Source: Octopus vulgaris (taxonomy: Eukaryota). From it: a stretch of 64,000 bases of DNA. Made by a program: the position numbers and the translations under genes. Shown here piece after piece: positions 1-13,694 of the stretch (position 1 is the first letter of the stretch; each line of letters opens with the position of its first letter). The stretch covers positions 10,044,001 through 10,108,000 of the forward strand of contig OX597831.1 in the NCBI GenBank assembly GCA_951406725.2, written 5' to 3'. A model generated the notes under the pieces. It made no database searches. It saw only the letters and a program-made list of their open reading frames with translations, and was not told the DNA's origin.

Positions 1-1911
1 AAAATGGAGACATTCCTCGGTAGACAATGTATTTTAACGTATTTTCTCAAAATATTGAATTTAATACAATGCTTTTTTTCCGGAGCTATAAGGTGGGAAG
101 ATATCACGCAGATAAAAAGGAACACATTTCATAAATGTAACGGAGTTTGTTGGGAACCTGTTTATCTACCACTGCCTAGCATCGTATGTCCTTTGATTTT
201 GATATTTAGCGAGTGCAGGGACGTGAAACAGATAATGTTGCTTGGTTAGTTCATGTGTTGTAATTAGATATTTTTTCACGTCACCATTTGCTAACCTGCT
301 CTCGTCATATGGCTTTACGCTGTCAGAGAAGTTAAAAGTGAAGTTACAGTTGCGTGTACTAATGTTGTTGATTGAAATTTTAGAAACTCATCGCATTGGT
401 TACAAACCTTACATATATTATTATCATAGTTAAGAATAATATTTATTATGCTCAAACTTGTTTCGCTGGTGGTTTTACGCGTCAGGATATATTTTTTGGA
501 GAAGATATCCTTTTTGCCTTATCACATACTTCTATTTTAGTGTATGCTGTTACAGCAGACCTGGTATATATACAAACCAACGAGATTCACATTCGTCTGT
601 GCTCTTCTATATCCCCAGTTTGATGTACTGAACGGTGATGTCTTCAGACTGACGTGCAGTTGGATCAGATACATTTTACTTAGGTTGAGTAGCACATAAG
701 CAATTGATTCGTCCAAATTTGCTCAATCGTATTTGAAGTCCATACCATGTATATCATTATATCATTATATCATTATAATTCCCTTAGTTTCAATGAATAT
801 AGTGTAGAACCACGCAAGTCTTGTTACATGCTGAATAAATGTATTATCTATATTATGATCAAATGCTTCCACCCACAAATATTTTTAGAAATTTGAATCA
901 AAATTATTAGCAGAAATTATCGACCCTCTCTTATAACAAAGAAGATCTTATGATAGAACATCTGCATATCATAATACAACTTCTCTAAATAGTACCCTAC
1001 CAAGACAAAATTGTACCCTACTAAGACAAAATTAAATATATGCCGAAGGCCAATATATAAGAATGAATAGAAACTTTTTAATTCTCGGAATCTGGATTAA
1101 CAACGTCTTAAAATAATTAATTATCCCGTTGGTATTTTCCCACTGTTGTACGATCGATGCTTTCTTAATATCCTCGTTAATATTCATCTTGCATTTCTAA
1201 TTATTACTTGTGTGTATATGTTCAATGAGCACTTAAAGATGATATGTTGCTAATGGTCTCTCATATATAATTTATATTATTTATGCAAATGTTATCATTA
1301 TATGTATTTGACATAAATTATTTTTATTATCAGAAATATATTAGAAGTGGCCTAAAATGTCATGAGACAGTTTCATTTTCTGTTTCTGGAATCGGTTAGT
1401 TACCTTATGGAAATTGAAATTAGTGTTGATGATTAGTAGGCCTGCATCAAAATGTGTTCTGTTTTTAATCTTGTGTATTTGTTTTACTCGTTATCCTGTT
1501 ATGATGTTCGTTAATTCTAATGGTATCATCATGTCGGAGAAAAAAAAACGTCTATATCATACTGTAATCATTTTCTAATACTTTCTGATGGAATGAGTAT
1601 ATTTTGAATAGTCTAGTCCACTGTTGTGCAACCCTCTATAATACTTGATCATCAACAATGGTCTGCTTTAAATATTATAATGCCTAGTATCCAATTCTGA
1701 GATTTATAAGACATCCCGCATGACGTAGACAAAAGTGTAGTGTAGTACAGTGTAACGTGAATTATAGGAAACAAAAAGATCAGATAAAATCTAATGTAGT
1801 GATACAAAGCAGTACAAGTTTAATTCATTCCATGACCGAACGCGTCGTACGATTTATTCGTTTTACAAATCAATTTTTCGCATGGAGATTAACTAAAATA
1901 TAATTAATATA

Positions 1912-2212
1912 TTGAAGATGTATTTGGATAGCGAGTGACTTGATCTGAGATCGTGTGCTGGAACGAAAACAATTGCAGCGTGGAAGGTGCTTATAAGCCA
2001 TTTACGAAACACACAAAAACCGTTAGATTCACTTCAACATTTAAATTTAATTTGTGAAAATATTTTCGTCGCTTTCAGACCGCGACCTGTTCACTGACAA
2101 GAACTTCGTGCTGCATCTCAAAGCAACGAAAATATTTTGACAATTTAAATATAAATGTTTAAGTGAATCTAACGGTTCTTGTGTGTTTCTTAAAACTTCG
2201 TGCTGCATTTGT
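1912..2212 (-). mobile_element. Non-autonomous Penelope-like (pLTR-type) element with internal inversion and hammerhead-like motif
   Basis: About 2006-2078 is the inverted copy of about 2115-2190. AACTTCGTGCTGCAT is duplicated (2102-2116, 2194-2208). Flanked by a 13-bp direct repeat TATAATTAATATA (1899-1911, 2213-2225). Non-coding; Penelope assignment is inferred. Confidence 0.55.
2051..2100 (-). ncRNA. Type I hammerhead ribozyme-like fold with G3-C8 core variant
   Basis: Minus strand reads TTGTCA-GTGAACA-G-GTCGC-ggtctgaaa-GCGAC-GAA-AATATT-T-TCACAA. The partial inverted copy reads TGACAA, completing stem I. Stem II is 5 bp; stem III is palindromic. Confidence 0.5.
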
Positions 2213-2409
2213 TATAATTAATATAATAGAATTAGTTGAAATATAATTCCAGGACATCCCCGCACCCAAACTAAAAAATACTTTTTCAATGGCTTTTAAA
2301 GCAGAAAACGCATAGTTACAAGTAAAATGGTAATTGTAAGAACGAAAATGCAGACGTAATATGTAAACTGGTTTTATTAACTGAATTACCTTAAAGATGG
2401 GACGATATT

Positions 2410-2497
2410 TATGCTCGTACTGCGGATTTCCGCTCGTACTTCAAGACAAAAAATCGCTCGTATAGTGAATCACTCGTACAATAGTGAACTCGCACTG
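2410..2497. repeat. Five dispersed CTCGYA motifs at 16-24 bp spacing
   Basis: CTCGTA at about 2414, 2433, 2457, 2473 and CTCGCA at about 2489. Resembles transposon subterminal repeats; no partner terminus seen. Confidence 0.4.
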
Positions 2498-2854
2498 CAA
2501 GTTATAAGGGAGAAAAAGATTATAATTTTAAATAGTTTGGCGGAATTGCAATGGCTCTCAATAAAAAAAGTAATGGTCGCGTAATTTAGATACATTGTAA
2601 TGGGTGTTCAAGTAATGAAACAGAATCGCGATTCCTGTATGGACGTGGCAATGGGTTCGAGTTTAGTTATGCAAAACGCAGTGTCAGGCTAACAATTACA
2701 ATACTGAGCACTAAATAACTGACCCCTGGCCAAGTAAAGTGCCTTACATCCTAATTAAGTATAAAATGCACTAACAAAAGGTTTAGAAGACTTATACTTA
2801 AACGGTGTGCGTCTCTTCCATCGCGAACGTTTGGAAGTTTTTTTTTTATATGAG

Positions 2855-2970
2855 ATAGTGTGTATGGTAACTATAGAAAACAGTAAAACACGAGAACATA
2901 TTTAGTAAAGGCGGGAAAACCAATAAAGACTAACAATGGCATGTAGCAATGAAGAAGCTTATTTGAATCC
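2855..2970. promoter_or_regulatory. Possible promoter motif cluster (X-box half site, E2F, CCAAT, CHR)
   Basis: ATGGTAAC 2864-2871, GGCGGGAAA 2910-2918, CCAAT 2920-2924, TTTGAA 2962-2967 in locally CpG-retaining unique DNA. No linked gene identified. Confidence 0.25.
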
Positions 2971-3099
2971 TATCAGAATATTATCGAAATGGCAAAAACA
3001 GATTAATGGCGTATTTGGATTATATCGTGGTTAGATTATTGTATATTTTATGTTTAAGCATTTTACTTGTTTCGCTCAATGCTCTGACACTTGTTGGGA

Positions 3100-4000
3100 T
3101 TCCAGCTTGAAGGAATTTGGCGAAGAGATCAACTCCAGTAGTTAATCTGTTTGTAAGAGTAGTAGATATTCCACTGGGCACTTTTGACGAATTGCTAATG
3201 CTACGCAGACGGGGATGTAAACAAACAAACATTGGTTGTAGTAAGCTGAGGGGATAATCAGACACAAACAAACGGAAAAAAAAACACATAGACTCACACA
3301 CAGGTGTTCGGGTTAAATTTGACAGTTTTTCATGTGTCTTTATTTCAGGAAAAGGTTCGTGGTTTGATGAATCAGTCAAAGGTGTGGTTGAGAAAAAACT
3401 ACTTACATACCTGAATGGGAGACATTTGAGTGCTCCAGAATGAGCTACGTTTATCCCGAGGATTCGTGTTGGGCATCAAAATGCCGACATCCTCATTGAT
3501 ACGAAATGATCTGAGAGTATTATAAATGCTGTAAGACGTTAGGGTGACATCCTGAAATTCAAGTTCTACTAAACAGTTATGGTGTTTGCGTGTGTCAACA
3601 GCGAGGGTTACTGCAGGGAAACTCACAACGCCTTAGGCTCACTTCAGGCGGCAAAGTGAAAATCCTAGAGACTGGGATCTAAGTCTAGATGGATAAGGTT
3701 GTTGCTGGAAGACCATATGTGTGGCAGCAGGTTTTGCTTCATTGACATAATTCTGGTAAGAGAGGGAAACGGTTGTCGGAGAATGTCTGCGACTTCATCA
3801 GCCCGAATGTCTGGCATCCTCATTCACTAGATTCTAATTCCATGGGTGTGATTCTAATTGGTCTGATTCCCTAGATTATAATCCCTATGTATCATGTGCT
3901 GTGGTCAAGGCACTAACCGATTTGCCTATAAAACCAAGGCTTAGCTATTAGTTAAGATCAAAATGTCGGAAGATCTTTCGAGGGAAACGCCTGGAACGCA
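3100..4000 (-). mobile_element. Highly degenerate CR1/Jockey-type LINE ORF2 remnant
   Basis: Broken frames contain DVTLTSYSIYNTLRSFRINEDVG and VSDYPLSLL, resembling the pre-RT 'I.K.L..L...K..G.D' and 'NYRPISLL' motifs. Confidence 0.3.
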
Positions 4001-4458
4001 TGCACCAAGTTCTAGATCCGTCTTGAAACAGTGGTGGGAAATAAAGGCAGATACTTTGAGTAGGCACTTATGTCCAAGCCATGATATATTTTGATTTTTA
4101 AAAATGCCTTTAATTTTGGATGAACATTTTTCTTTTCTTTTGATGCAAACTCTCAAATTTAGCCCGAGCACCCTGTACTCACGACTGGTTAACACAAAGT
4201 TTCCTACGAACAAATTCAATCACAAAATTATTGATCGGCTCGGGGATGTGATCGAAGACAATTGCCCAAGTCAAGAAGATACCGTGCAGTGAGCTTGAAC
4301 CTGAGATCACGTAGTTTCAGCTCGAGTTCCTAATATATCTAGCCATATTTTATGAATACACAAATACACACGCTTACACACAAACACACAAACAAACACA
4401 CACGTACATGCCTGTGCGTTTGCATATGTGTGTATATATATATATGAGTATATATATA

Positions 4459-4512
<54 letters not shown>

Positions 4513-4812
4513 TAGATAGATAGAGAGATAAATAAAATGCAATGTATGTATAATAAGTATAAGTTTATGTATGGAGAATCATGTACATGCATAATAAATA
4601 GCGACAATAAAATGTCCGATTTTAAAAAAATTTAACTGCACCTCCATCTCGTAAAGTTGAAGAATGGTAATAAAACAAATGTTGCATGAGCGAAAACTGT
4701 AAGCTGGCGAATTGTAGTTGAGGATACCGTAAAAGTGAAGAAACTGAGAGACGATAGGAAGTGGAACAATGGGTAGCCTAACAGTTTAAAACTCTACAAT
4801 GGGTAACAGCTG

Positions 4813-4849
<37 letters not shown>

Positions 4850-4850
<1 letters not shown>

Positions 4851-5247
4851 TCTTCACTCTTTTACTTGTTTCAGTCATTTGACTGCGGCCATGCTGGAGC
4901 ACCGCCTTTAGTTGAGCAAATCGACACCAGGACTTATTCTTTGTAAGCCTAGTACTTATTCTATCGGTCTCGTTTGCCGAACCGCTAATTTACGGGGACG
5001 TAAACACACCAGCATCGGTTGTCAAGCGACGTTGGGGTGACAAACACAGACACACAAACACACACACATATATATACATATACATAACAGGCTTCTTTCA
5101 GTTTCCGTCTACCAAATTCATACACAAGGCTTTGGTCGGCCCGAGGTTATAGTAGAAGTCACTTGCCCAAGCTGCCACGCAGTGGGACTGAACCCAGAAC
5201 CATGTGGTGTGTAAGCAAGCTACTTACCACACAGCCACTCCTGCGCC
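4850..5247 (-). mobile_element. SINE family A (tRNA head, CORE-like CTTGGGCAAGT, internal microsatellite), full length
   Basis: Matches the other family A copies end to end; 3' tail ...GACTGAAACAAGTAAAAGAG. Confidence 0.9.
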
Positions 5248-5249
5248 TG

Positions 5250-5292
<43 letters not shown>

Positions 5293-5293
5293 T

Positions 5294-5342
<49 letters not shown>

Positions 5343-6149
5343 GTCTTTCACTAAATAATTCAAGAAAAAATAAATAGACGTTCATAAAGTTATAGTTTTC
5401 GTTTAGATAGTCGACTTTTATGAACGGGAAATATATTCTTTGAATATAAATATTTCACTTTCTGTAGATGGATACACTATGGAGGATCAAACAATGATAA
5501 ACTGCAGAAAACAAATTTATAAAATATTTATATACCCACATGGTGAAAGAAATCCTTAGGTCATAGAACAGTACGCTCGTATGTTTCAGTTTAATCCTAT
5601 GGGATTACTTACGTAAATTATGCGATTGTTCTATATTAACAAAGAATTTAAGAAAGTTTTGTTTTGATATTTCAGATTCTTTTCTAGATAACACGGAAAG
5701 TAAAGTGAGAAACAACAGAGAATCAGAAAGTTTCATTGCCGAAAATACAAGACCTGAGTAAAAATTGTAGGAAAATTAATTTTTACGGTTATGTCTATTA
5801 CTTTAGGAACACATCGTTTACAAAAGGAAAAATCGTTTTCATTGAATAATTTAACTACATTGTTCGCGCTCTTCTTGCAGAGATCAAGTAATCATATCAG
5901 AATAATTATAAGAAATAAGAAATGATGAATTATTCAAACAAGCATTAAAATAAAAAAACAGTCAATACATATTCTAACGTTTTGTTTTCAATTCTTTTTT
6001 CATAACCTCACATAAGCATAGATTCTCAATCATGCCACTGCACTATTGCACACGCAGACAAGTATCACGCGCACCATAAGACAGGAATATATGTCTGTGT
6101 GTCTATATTAGCGTGGCTGCATGTATATATACGAGCATACATACATACA

Positions 6150-6227
<78 letters not shown>

Positions 6228-6688
6228 CACATATACATACACACATTTGTGCGTATCTAAGAGTGCATAAGATTATTAATTCTATATAGATATACGTATG
6301 TACGCACGCACATATATATAAGCGTGTATGTATTAATGTGTGTGTGTCAGTGCGTACGTGTGTATGTGCGTGTGTGCCTGTGTATGTGTTTGTGTACGGC
6401 CCTACCAAAAGCAAAATGATGAATTGGTACTAATAATACGAAGAGACACTTGAAAATAAAATCAAGTCACATATTGAAATAAATATATAGATCGCAAAGA
6501 TTGTATATACATATATTTCAATGTGATTAGAATTTGCTTTCAAGTCACTCTCTGCATTATCTCTCCATATTTATCATTGTATACGTTATCACTCTTTATC
6601 TGATTCTTTTCATTTTTATGGGGTCCTGTCACTAATCGCACAATTTTGGTGTGGAGAGGAAATATTTACAATATAATTACTTTTTCAG

Positions 6689-6776
<88 letters not shown>

Positions 6777-7042
6777 TATGTACAGAGAGAGACAGAGAGA
6801 GAGAGATGTGGAGAGATGTATACATATGTGTAGATTGATGTAGATCAATAGACGCACACCTAGATATACAAACACATAATCACACGTATACATAATATAC
6901 ATAAATATATATGTATATGTACATATTTAAGTATATGTGTATGTGGCTGTACGTATATCTATCTTTGTATCGATTAATATCAATATATATGTATACATGT
7001 ATATCTATATATATCTATATATATATATATACATATATATAT

Positions 7043-7102
<60 letters not shown>

Positions 7103-7174
7103 ATAAATATATATGTATATATGGACATGTATATATATTTATATTTATATATATATATATGTATATATATATGT

Positions 7175-7220
<46 letters not shown>

Positions 7221-8356
7221 GTGAGTATCTGTATATAACTGTGTGTCCGTGCGTGTATGTGCGCACCTGTATATGTAAGTGTACATTTCGTTGTTTTACT
7301 GGTTTTCGTCATCCACATCTTCATTTATATTTCACAGGGGTTAAACAAAGGGGGTACAATACACGGAACAAATGTTATCGGGGACTGAGCGAATGATATT
7401 ACTTTTTTTCGTAGTTCTGGTTCGGCTGTCCTCTCTAGCAAATAAGGCTACCTGTAATGGGTTGGCTCTGTGTATGAATACTATAGTCTTTTATATATTA
7501 AATTATATTGTATATTAACTTTTATGACGCATGCTAACCAGCGGTATGAATTTTTTCCCAAATTTTTCAAAGCGTGTATGCTTGTGTGTTTTGTGTTGGC
7601 GCGGATGTTCTGTGTGTGTACCTGAGTGTGTGTGTTGTGTCTGTCCGAGTATGTTTGTGTTTTAATTCTCCTTGTATTCTCTGTGTATGTGTGAGGGTGC
7701 GTGTGTATGTGTGGGGGTATGTGTGGGTGTCTATCTGTGTGTAACACACACGGACACACACAGAACCGCTGATAAATACAACAAACTTACACACACATAG
7801 ACACCCACACATACCCCCACACACATAGACACCCACACATACCCCCACACACATACATATGCACCCTCACACACATATACAGTTGCTCACACACACAGGA
7901 ACCACAAGGACAATTAAAACAACACAAACATATTCAGACAGCCACACACACACACACACTCACGTACACACACACTCACGTACACGCACACTCACGTACA
8001 CACACATAACATCCTCACCAACATAAAACCCACAAACATACACGCAAACACACGCAGACACACACATACACACACGTGAACAAACACTTATACACACATA
8101 TGCGCACACATAAAAAATGCCAGGAGTACAGGTTGGTTCCTCTCAAATTCTTTGTAAACTCTTAAATATATTTCTTTCTGTGTATATATATATATACTAC
8201 CAAACAAACATGATTTCTATTGAACTCCTAATACATTTTGTGTAATATCTTCTTAAATCTTTTGCTGTAAGCTCTTTTTAACATTTTCTTATTATTATCA
8301 AAAATGTATATGCGTATTTGATACTTTTGTGACAACCAGTACTTAACACAACAAAG

Positions 8357-8414
<58 letters not shown>

Positions 8415-8417
<3 letters not shown>

Positions 8418-8665
8418 CACTCTTCGTTCTTTCGTTCCCCTCTCTCACATTTCCCCGCCATCTCTTCTTGGTCACTTTGCCTCCTGTTTTCACTTCACTG
8501 TGTCCCTGTCATTTTTCTCGACTCTCCTTAATTCTTCTGTCCTTCTGCCTCTACCTTTCTCTCTCTTCTCTCCCACGGGACCGGTGTTCGACCAAGCCTG
8601 AGCTTTCATTCTTGGTTCGATCGTCCTCCCTGCATCATCTATATTCCTCCTTCTGCCTGTGAAAT
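8415..8665 (+). repeat. Unclassified interspersed repeat, homologous to part of 57840-58440 (opposite strand)
   Basis: GGGACCGGTGTTCGACCAAGCCTGA is the reverse complement of a close match to TCAGGCTTGGCCGAACCCCGGTCAC at about 58286; both have similar pyrimidine-rich flanks. Confidence 0.55.
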
Positions 8666-8684
8666 CATGTATCCCTGCCGTAAT

Positions 8685-9086
8685 GCAGGCTGTGTGGAAA
8701 GTAGCTTGCTTACCAACCACATGGTTCCTGGTTGAGTCCCACTGAGTGGCATCTTGGGCAAGTGTCTTCTGCTATAGCTTCGGGCAGACCAATGCCATGT
8801 GAGTGGATCTGGTAGACGGAAACTGAAAGAAGCCTGTCGTATATATGTATATATAGATATGTATGTGTGTGTGTTTGTGTGTCTGTGTTTGTTCCCCTAG
8901 CATTGCTTGACAACCGATGCTGGTGTGTTTACGTCCCCTTCAATTAGCGGTTCGGCAAAAAGAGACCGATACAATAAGTACTGGGCTTACAAAGAATATG
9001 TCCCGGTCGATTTGCTCGACTAAAGGCGGTGCTCCAGCATGGCCGCAGTCAAATGACTGAAACAAGTAAAAGAGTAATAAAAGAGT
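8685..9086 (+). mobile_element. SINE family A, full length
   Basis: GGCTGTGTGG...GGTTGAGTCCC A/B boxes, CORE-like CTTGGGCAAGTG, shared 3' tail. Confidence 0.9.
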
Positions 9087-10403
9087 ATACCTATAAGTAC
9101 ATTCATGTAAGTAGTATTCTCTTCTGGTATATTGAAATATTCCATTTCTTGTATAGGATAAGTCTTTTCATTTGTGGAATTTGATTAGAAATTAAAATTA
9201 AACATGCAAAAATATTATTCGAGAGTAACTTACTACTTTCGAAACCTTGTAATCGAATTTGCAGAATAGTGAACTAGAGATTACTGGCATAAATGAGGAT
9301 TGAAATGTTATGTCATAGTAAATGGGGTGACAGGTGAGAATCCAGGTAAGATGTTCACAAGAAAACAAAAAGATCACAAGAGAATAGTCACTGAAAATCT
9401 CATTTATTGACAATGCATATAATAACACGATACTATATAAACGGTTTTTAATCTGTACATATCATGTATTGTCAATAAATGGTTCATCCTGTTATTATAC
9501 TTATGTAATTGAATAAAAAAAATTTTCTGACATATATATAATGCCATCATGTACAAGTTGTGTACATGTCATGCATTGTCACTTCGTACCTTATTTGAAA
9601 TATATTGTTTTATTATTATATTTTATTCAATGAAATTTTTCCTACAAGAAGTTGTGGCTTTTTTTCTTTTAACAATTTTCGGTAACTTTCTTCCGGGCAA
9701 TTTTAAACATAATACGTTGTAAATATTCTCAGAAAATATAGAGAATTGGGAAGTTATTCAATGGATTTATGTATACGAGAACGGATCAGTTCTACCGAAG
9801 ACACACCGAGGAACGGGAAGTCGCTGATCACATTCAATTTGTAGAACCGAGATGGCTACTAAATACTTCGATTTTCGTAAATTAAATAGACTAGCGAAAT
9901 AATACTAGTTACATTTTTAATTTAGTTAAATCAACTGAAGTGTATTTTACACAAGTATTAATTAACTACACTTCTTATTTTCACAGAGCCGTATTCATAA
10001 TACAAAACTCCTCCGAATATTCGGCAAGATATGCATTCCATAAGTAGTTTATACATTTTCTATGCATCATGACATCGTTAGAAAAAAGAGACTGGTTAAT
10101 GGAGTTTCTTTCTGTCCTGTACGTTTAGAGGTCAAATCCATCGAAGTCAATGTTCATTCTCCCATTCTTTCGAGGTTGGTGTATTAAAATACTTGTCAAG
10201 TACTTCGATCAGTGAAATCGGCCTGCGCCCATTCCTCATATTACTCATATTTTAAACACACGTGCGCGTTCACACACACACACACACACATATATACACA
10301 CACAAGCACACACACAAGCACACACACACGCACATACACACACACAAACATAGATAATACGTATTTTGTCCGGTTATGGTGGGTAGAAAGTTACTTCGAA
10401 ATA

Positions 10404-10638
10404 CCAATTTCTTTACTACCCACAAGGGGCTAAACACAGAGAGGACAGACAAGGACAGACAAACGAATTAAATCGATTACATCGACTCCAGTGCGTAACT
10501 GGTACTTAATTTATCGAACCCGAAAGAATGAAAGGCAAAGTCGACCTCGGCGGAATTTGAACTCAGAACGTAACGGCAGACGAAATATGGCTACGCATTT
10601 CGTCCGGCGTGCTAACGTTTCTACCAGCTGGCCGCCTT
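10404..10638 (-). mobile_element. SINE family B (GGCGGCGAGCTGGCAGAAACG head), full length with ~15-bp TSD
   Basis: Matches 55101-55331; flanked by AGTTACTTCGAAATA / AGTTATTTCGAAATA. Confidence 0.9.
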
Positions 10639-11262
10639 AGTTATTTCGAAATATGGAGATGGTGCGTGGAAAAAAATTGTTGAGAAAAGTTTGATGTTGA
10701 TCAATGTGTAGTTATTTTTTTTAAAGAAAGACTACGTTGCTTTCCGCTTTATTATTATTAGTAGTATTTTCACTTTTATTATCGTTTCCATATAACATAC
10801 AACATCTGACAAGATAAATGCCTCCTACACATTTTGGCATCGGTTTTAATGCTAATTATTTATAAATGTTCGTTTACGTCTGCGATTTTAATTGTAAATG
10901 ATTCTTTTCAAACCTTCTCCTGCCATGAATTACTCAAGGAGTAATTGTTTGTGAAAGCCATGAATTGATGTTCGTTATCGCTTAATGATATTTCCCAGCA
11001 GATTTACTTCCTCAAACAAACAGTTTTAAATATTTTAACACAGGTTCATATTTCAGTTTTAATTTCGTATATGTGGGTGAATGTAAAAGAAAATTGTTAT
11101 ATGTATATTATAAAATATTATAATTCGTATATAAACGTATGGCATAAAATGAAGCATAATCTGTATATGATATATATCTGGAGAGCCGTCTGTATATGTA
11201 TGTATATACGATATTCATATTATACATTACATAGTATATTATCTATACAAACATATTTTTTG

Positions 11263-11465
11263 TTACTTGCTTCAGTCATTTGACTGCGGCCATGCTGGTG
11301 TACCACCTTTATTCGAATAAATCGAACCCAGGACATTTTCTCTGTAAGCCCAGTACTTGTTCTATCGGTTTCCTTTTGCCGAAATGCTAAGTGACGCGGC
11401 ACGTAAACACACAACACACCAACATCGTTATCAAGCGATGGTGGTGGGGACAAACACATACACAA
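11263..11465 (-). mobile_element. SINE family A, 3' half
   Basis: TCAGTCATTTGACTGCGGCCATGCTGG... tail similarity. Confidence 0.8.
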
Positions 11466-11485
11466 ATAACAAACGCATACATATA

Positions 11486-11557
<72 letters not shown>

Positions 11558-12109
11558 GTTACATAGACACACACACACGCGCGCGCGCACATTTGACTGC
11601 GACCATATATAAATAAAATTTTGGGGAAAAGTTTAAAATACTACCTGTACCACTGGGTTATTATGAGGGCGGGCGAACTCTTTGCTGCCCTCTAACGCGT
11701 TCCTAACGGAATACAACACACACACACACACACACAAACACAATTGTGAGCGTATGTATATACTTTCTAGGTGTGTACGAATAAGGATTTCGTGGTTGAT
11801 GTTTCCCAAGATTTTATATCTTACTCTGGCATATATTACTAGAATTTGCAATATTTTCTAGGAGTCTGTATGGGAAGCTGCTAAGGAAAATGAAAAACTG
11901 TATTAGCGTAACAGTTAATAATTATTGATTACGTTTCGATAATTGAATTGTGGTATCGTCTTAATTAGTCGATCTCTGTACATTCAGAAGGATAATATGA
12001 AACATTCTTATTAATTCATGCCGATAATTACTATAAATATTTCTCTTTTATACTAGAGTATCCTTGGGTGTTGCCCCTCACTGTTCTCCTTACACAGTGG
12101 TATATACTA

Positions 12110-12335
12110 TAATAAAGATTTCAAACTCTGTAACAAGGGGAGCAATTTCGGGGGATGTGTTATCTACGTCTGTTTCAACGACCGCAGTGCTCACATAGTA
12201 CTGATTTTATTGGCTCCGTAAGTGCTGAAAGTGCAAAGTTAACAACGGTGGAATTTGAGCCCAGAGCATAAAGAAGGACGAAATGCCGTGGTGCACTTTC
12301 TCCAGTTTGCTAACGATTCTGCCTGCTCACTACCC
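12110..12335 (-). mobile_element. Diverged SINE family B-related copy
   Basis: GGTGGAATTTGAGCCCAGAGC...GCTAACGATTCTGCCTGCTCAC. Confidence 0.65.
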
Positions 12336-13540
12336 GTATTATATACTCTAACCACAAGATCACATATTTTCCAGTGCTACAGAAAGTAATCAAGATTTAA
12401 CTGTGAATGACCGAAGATCGATTGTTAAAGATAATTCTTACCTTGTTAAATGGTTGATACCGTGTTTTATTAATGTACATGAAATACGCTAATATAACCG
12501 ATAACTCTATTGCGTGTAATATTAAGGGGAAATTTAAACCTCTCGTTGTCACATTAACTTACATTATTGACGCTCGTCTGCTCCCCCCAAATCCCTAATT
12601 ATTAACAAATCTTAAATGAAATTACGATGTAAGCAAACAATTCGATTAGTTCCATTCCAATACCTGTGATAAATTCACACAATGTGTAATAACTGTTCTA
12701 CTGATCCTAACTTTAAATACAATCTACACGGTAACGTTTCAGAGAGCATAAAATGAATTAAGTATTGTACAGCGTTCATTATGCGTCCGATCAGAAGTAA
12801 GCCTTTCATTCATCATAAAATACGTGCTGCGGCCATTTTCTAAATTATTTCCTCAATCTCTTCCTTAAATGAAACTGCAGTGAGAATATTATACAAGTGT
12901 TCGACACTCTTCACCAGATACTCTATTTGAAGTTTTCAAGTTTTCAATCATTGCACGGCGGCCATCCTGGAGCACCGCATTATATGGTTCGTCGAATATA
13001 TATTTTCAATCTGTTGTTTATGCTACCAGTGCTTCTTTTTGAGAAACCGCGAAATTTTGGAGATGTAAGTAAATACATTCTATCGACCATCGATCTGTGA
13101 TACATTTTTCAAGCAGTCAACGTTTAACTTGCCGAGGATACATACCTCAAGCTGACAATATAAATAAACATTCTCGACAGCATCTCTAAAGTGAAAATCC
13201 AGATTTCACGATGTGTTCAATAAAACTCGACCGTTAGAGAAAGAAATCCTAATACTGTTTTCAAATTTTACTCCAGGGACAGCCATTCGGTGGAAGGAGT
13301 AAAACGATTACATTGACTGGTACTTATTCCATCGACCCTCAATTAATAGAAAGGCAGAATTTAAAATCAGAACCTAGAGACAGAAAAAGTATCGATAATC
13401 ATAAACAATTTACGTCGAGCTGTATAGAAAAGAAACAAAAAGGCACGAGCATAAATACGCACACACATGTACACACAGACACACACGCACGCGGCGCGCA
13501 CATACGCTAACACATACACACACATGCACACACACATTAT

Positions 13541-13694
13541 TATATACTGTAATAAAGATTTCAAACTCTGTAACAAGGGGAGCAATTTCGGGGGATGTGA
13601 TATCTACGTCTGTTTCAACGACAGCAGTGCTCACATAGTACTGATTTTATTGGCCCCGTAAGTGCTGAAAGTGCAAAGTTAACAACGGTGGAAT
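13541..13694 (+). repeat. 154-bp near-identical direct duplicate of 12101-12254
   Basis: Four substitutions by eye; offset 1440 bp. Confidence 0.9.

Noticed and set aside
4-623. Short ORFs at the window start as a gene
   Set aside because: No recognisable domain or coherent splice structure.
2410-2497. CRISPR-like spaced repeats
   Set aside because: Repeat is only 6-7 nt with irregular short spacing, the context is eukaryotic, and there are no cas genes.
9732-10045. Exon-like segments with acceptors and donors
   Set aside because: Stop codons in all three frames; cannot be supported as coding.
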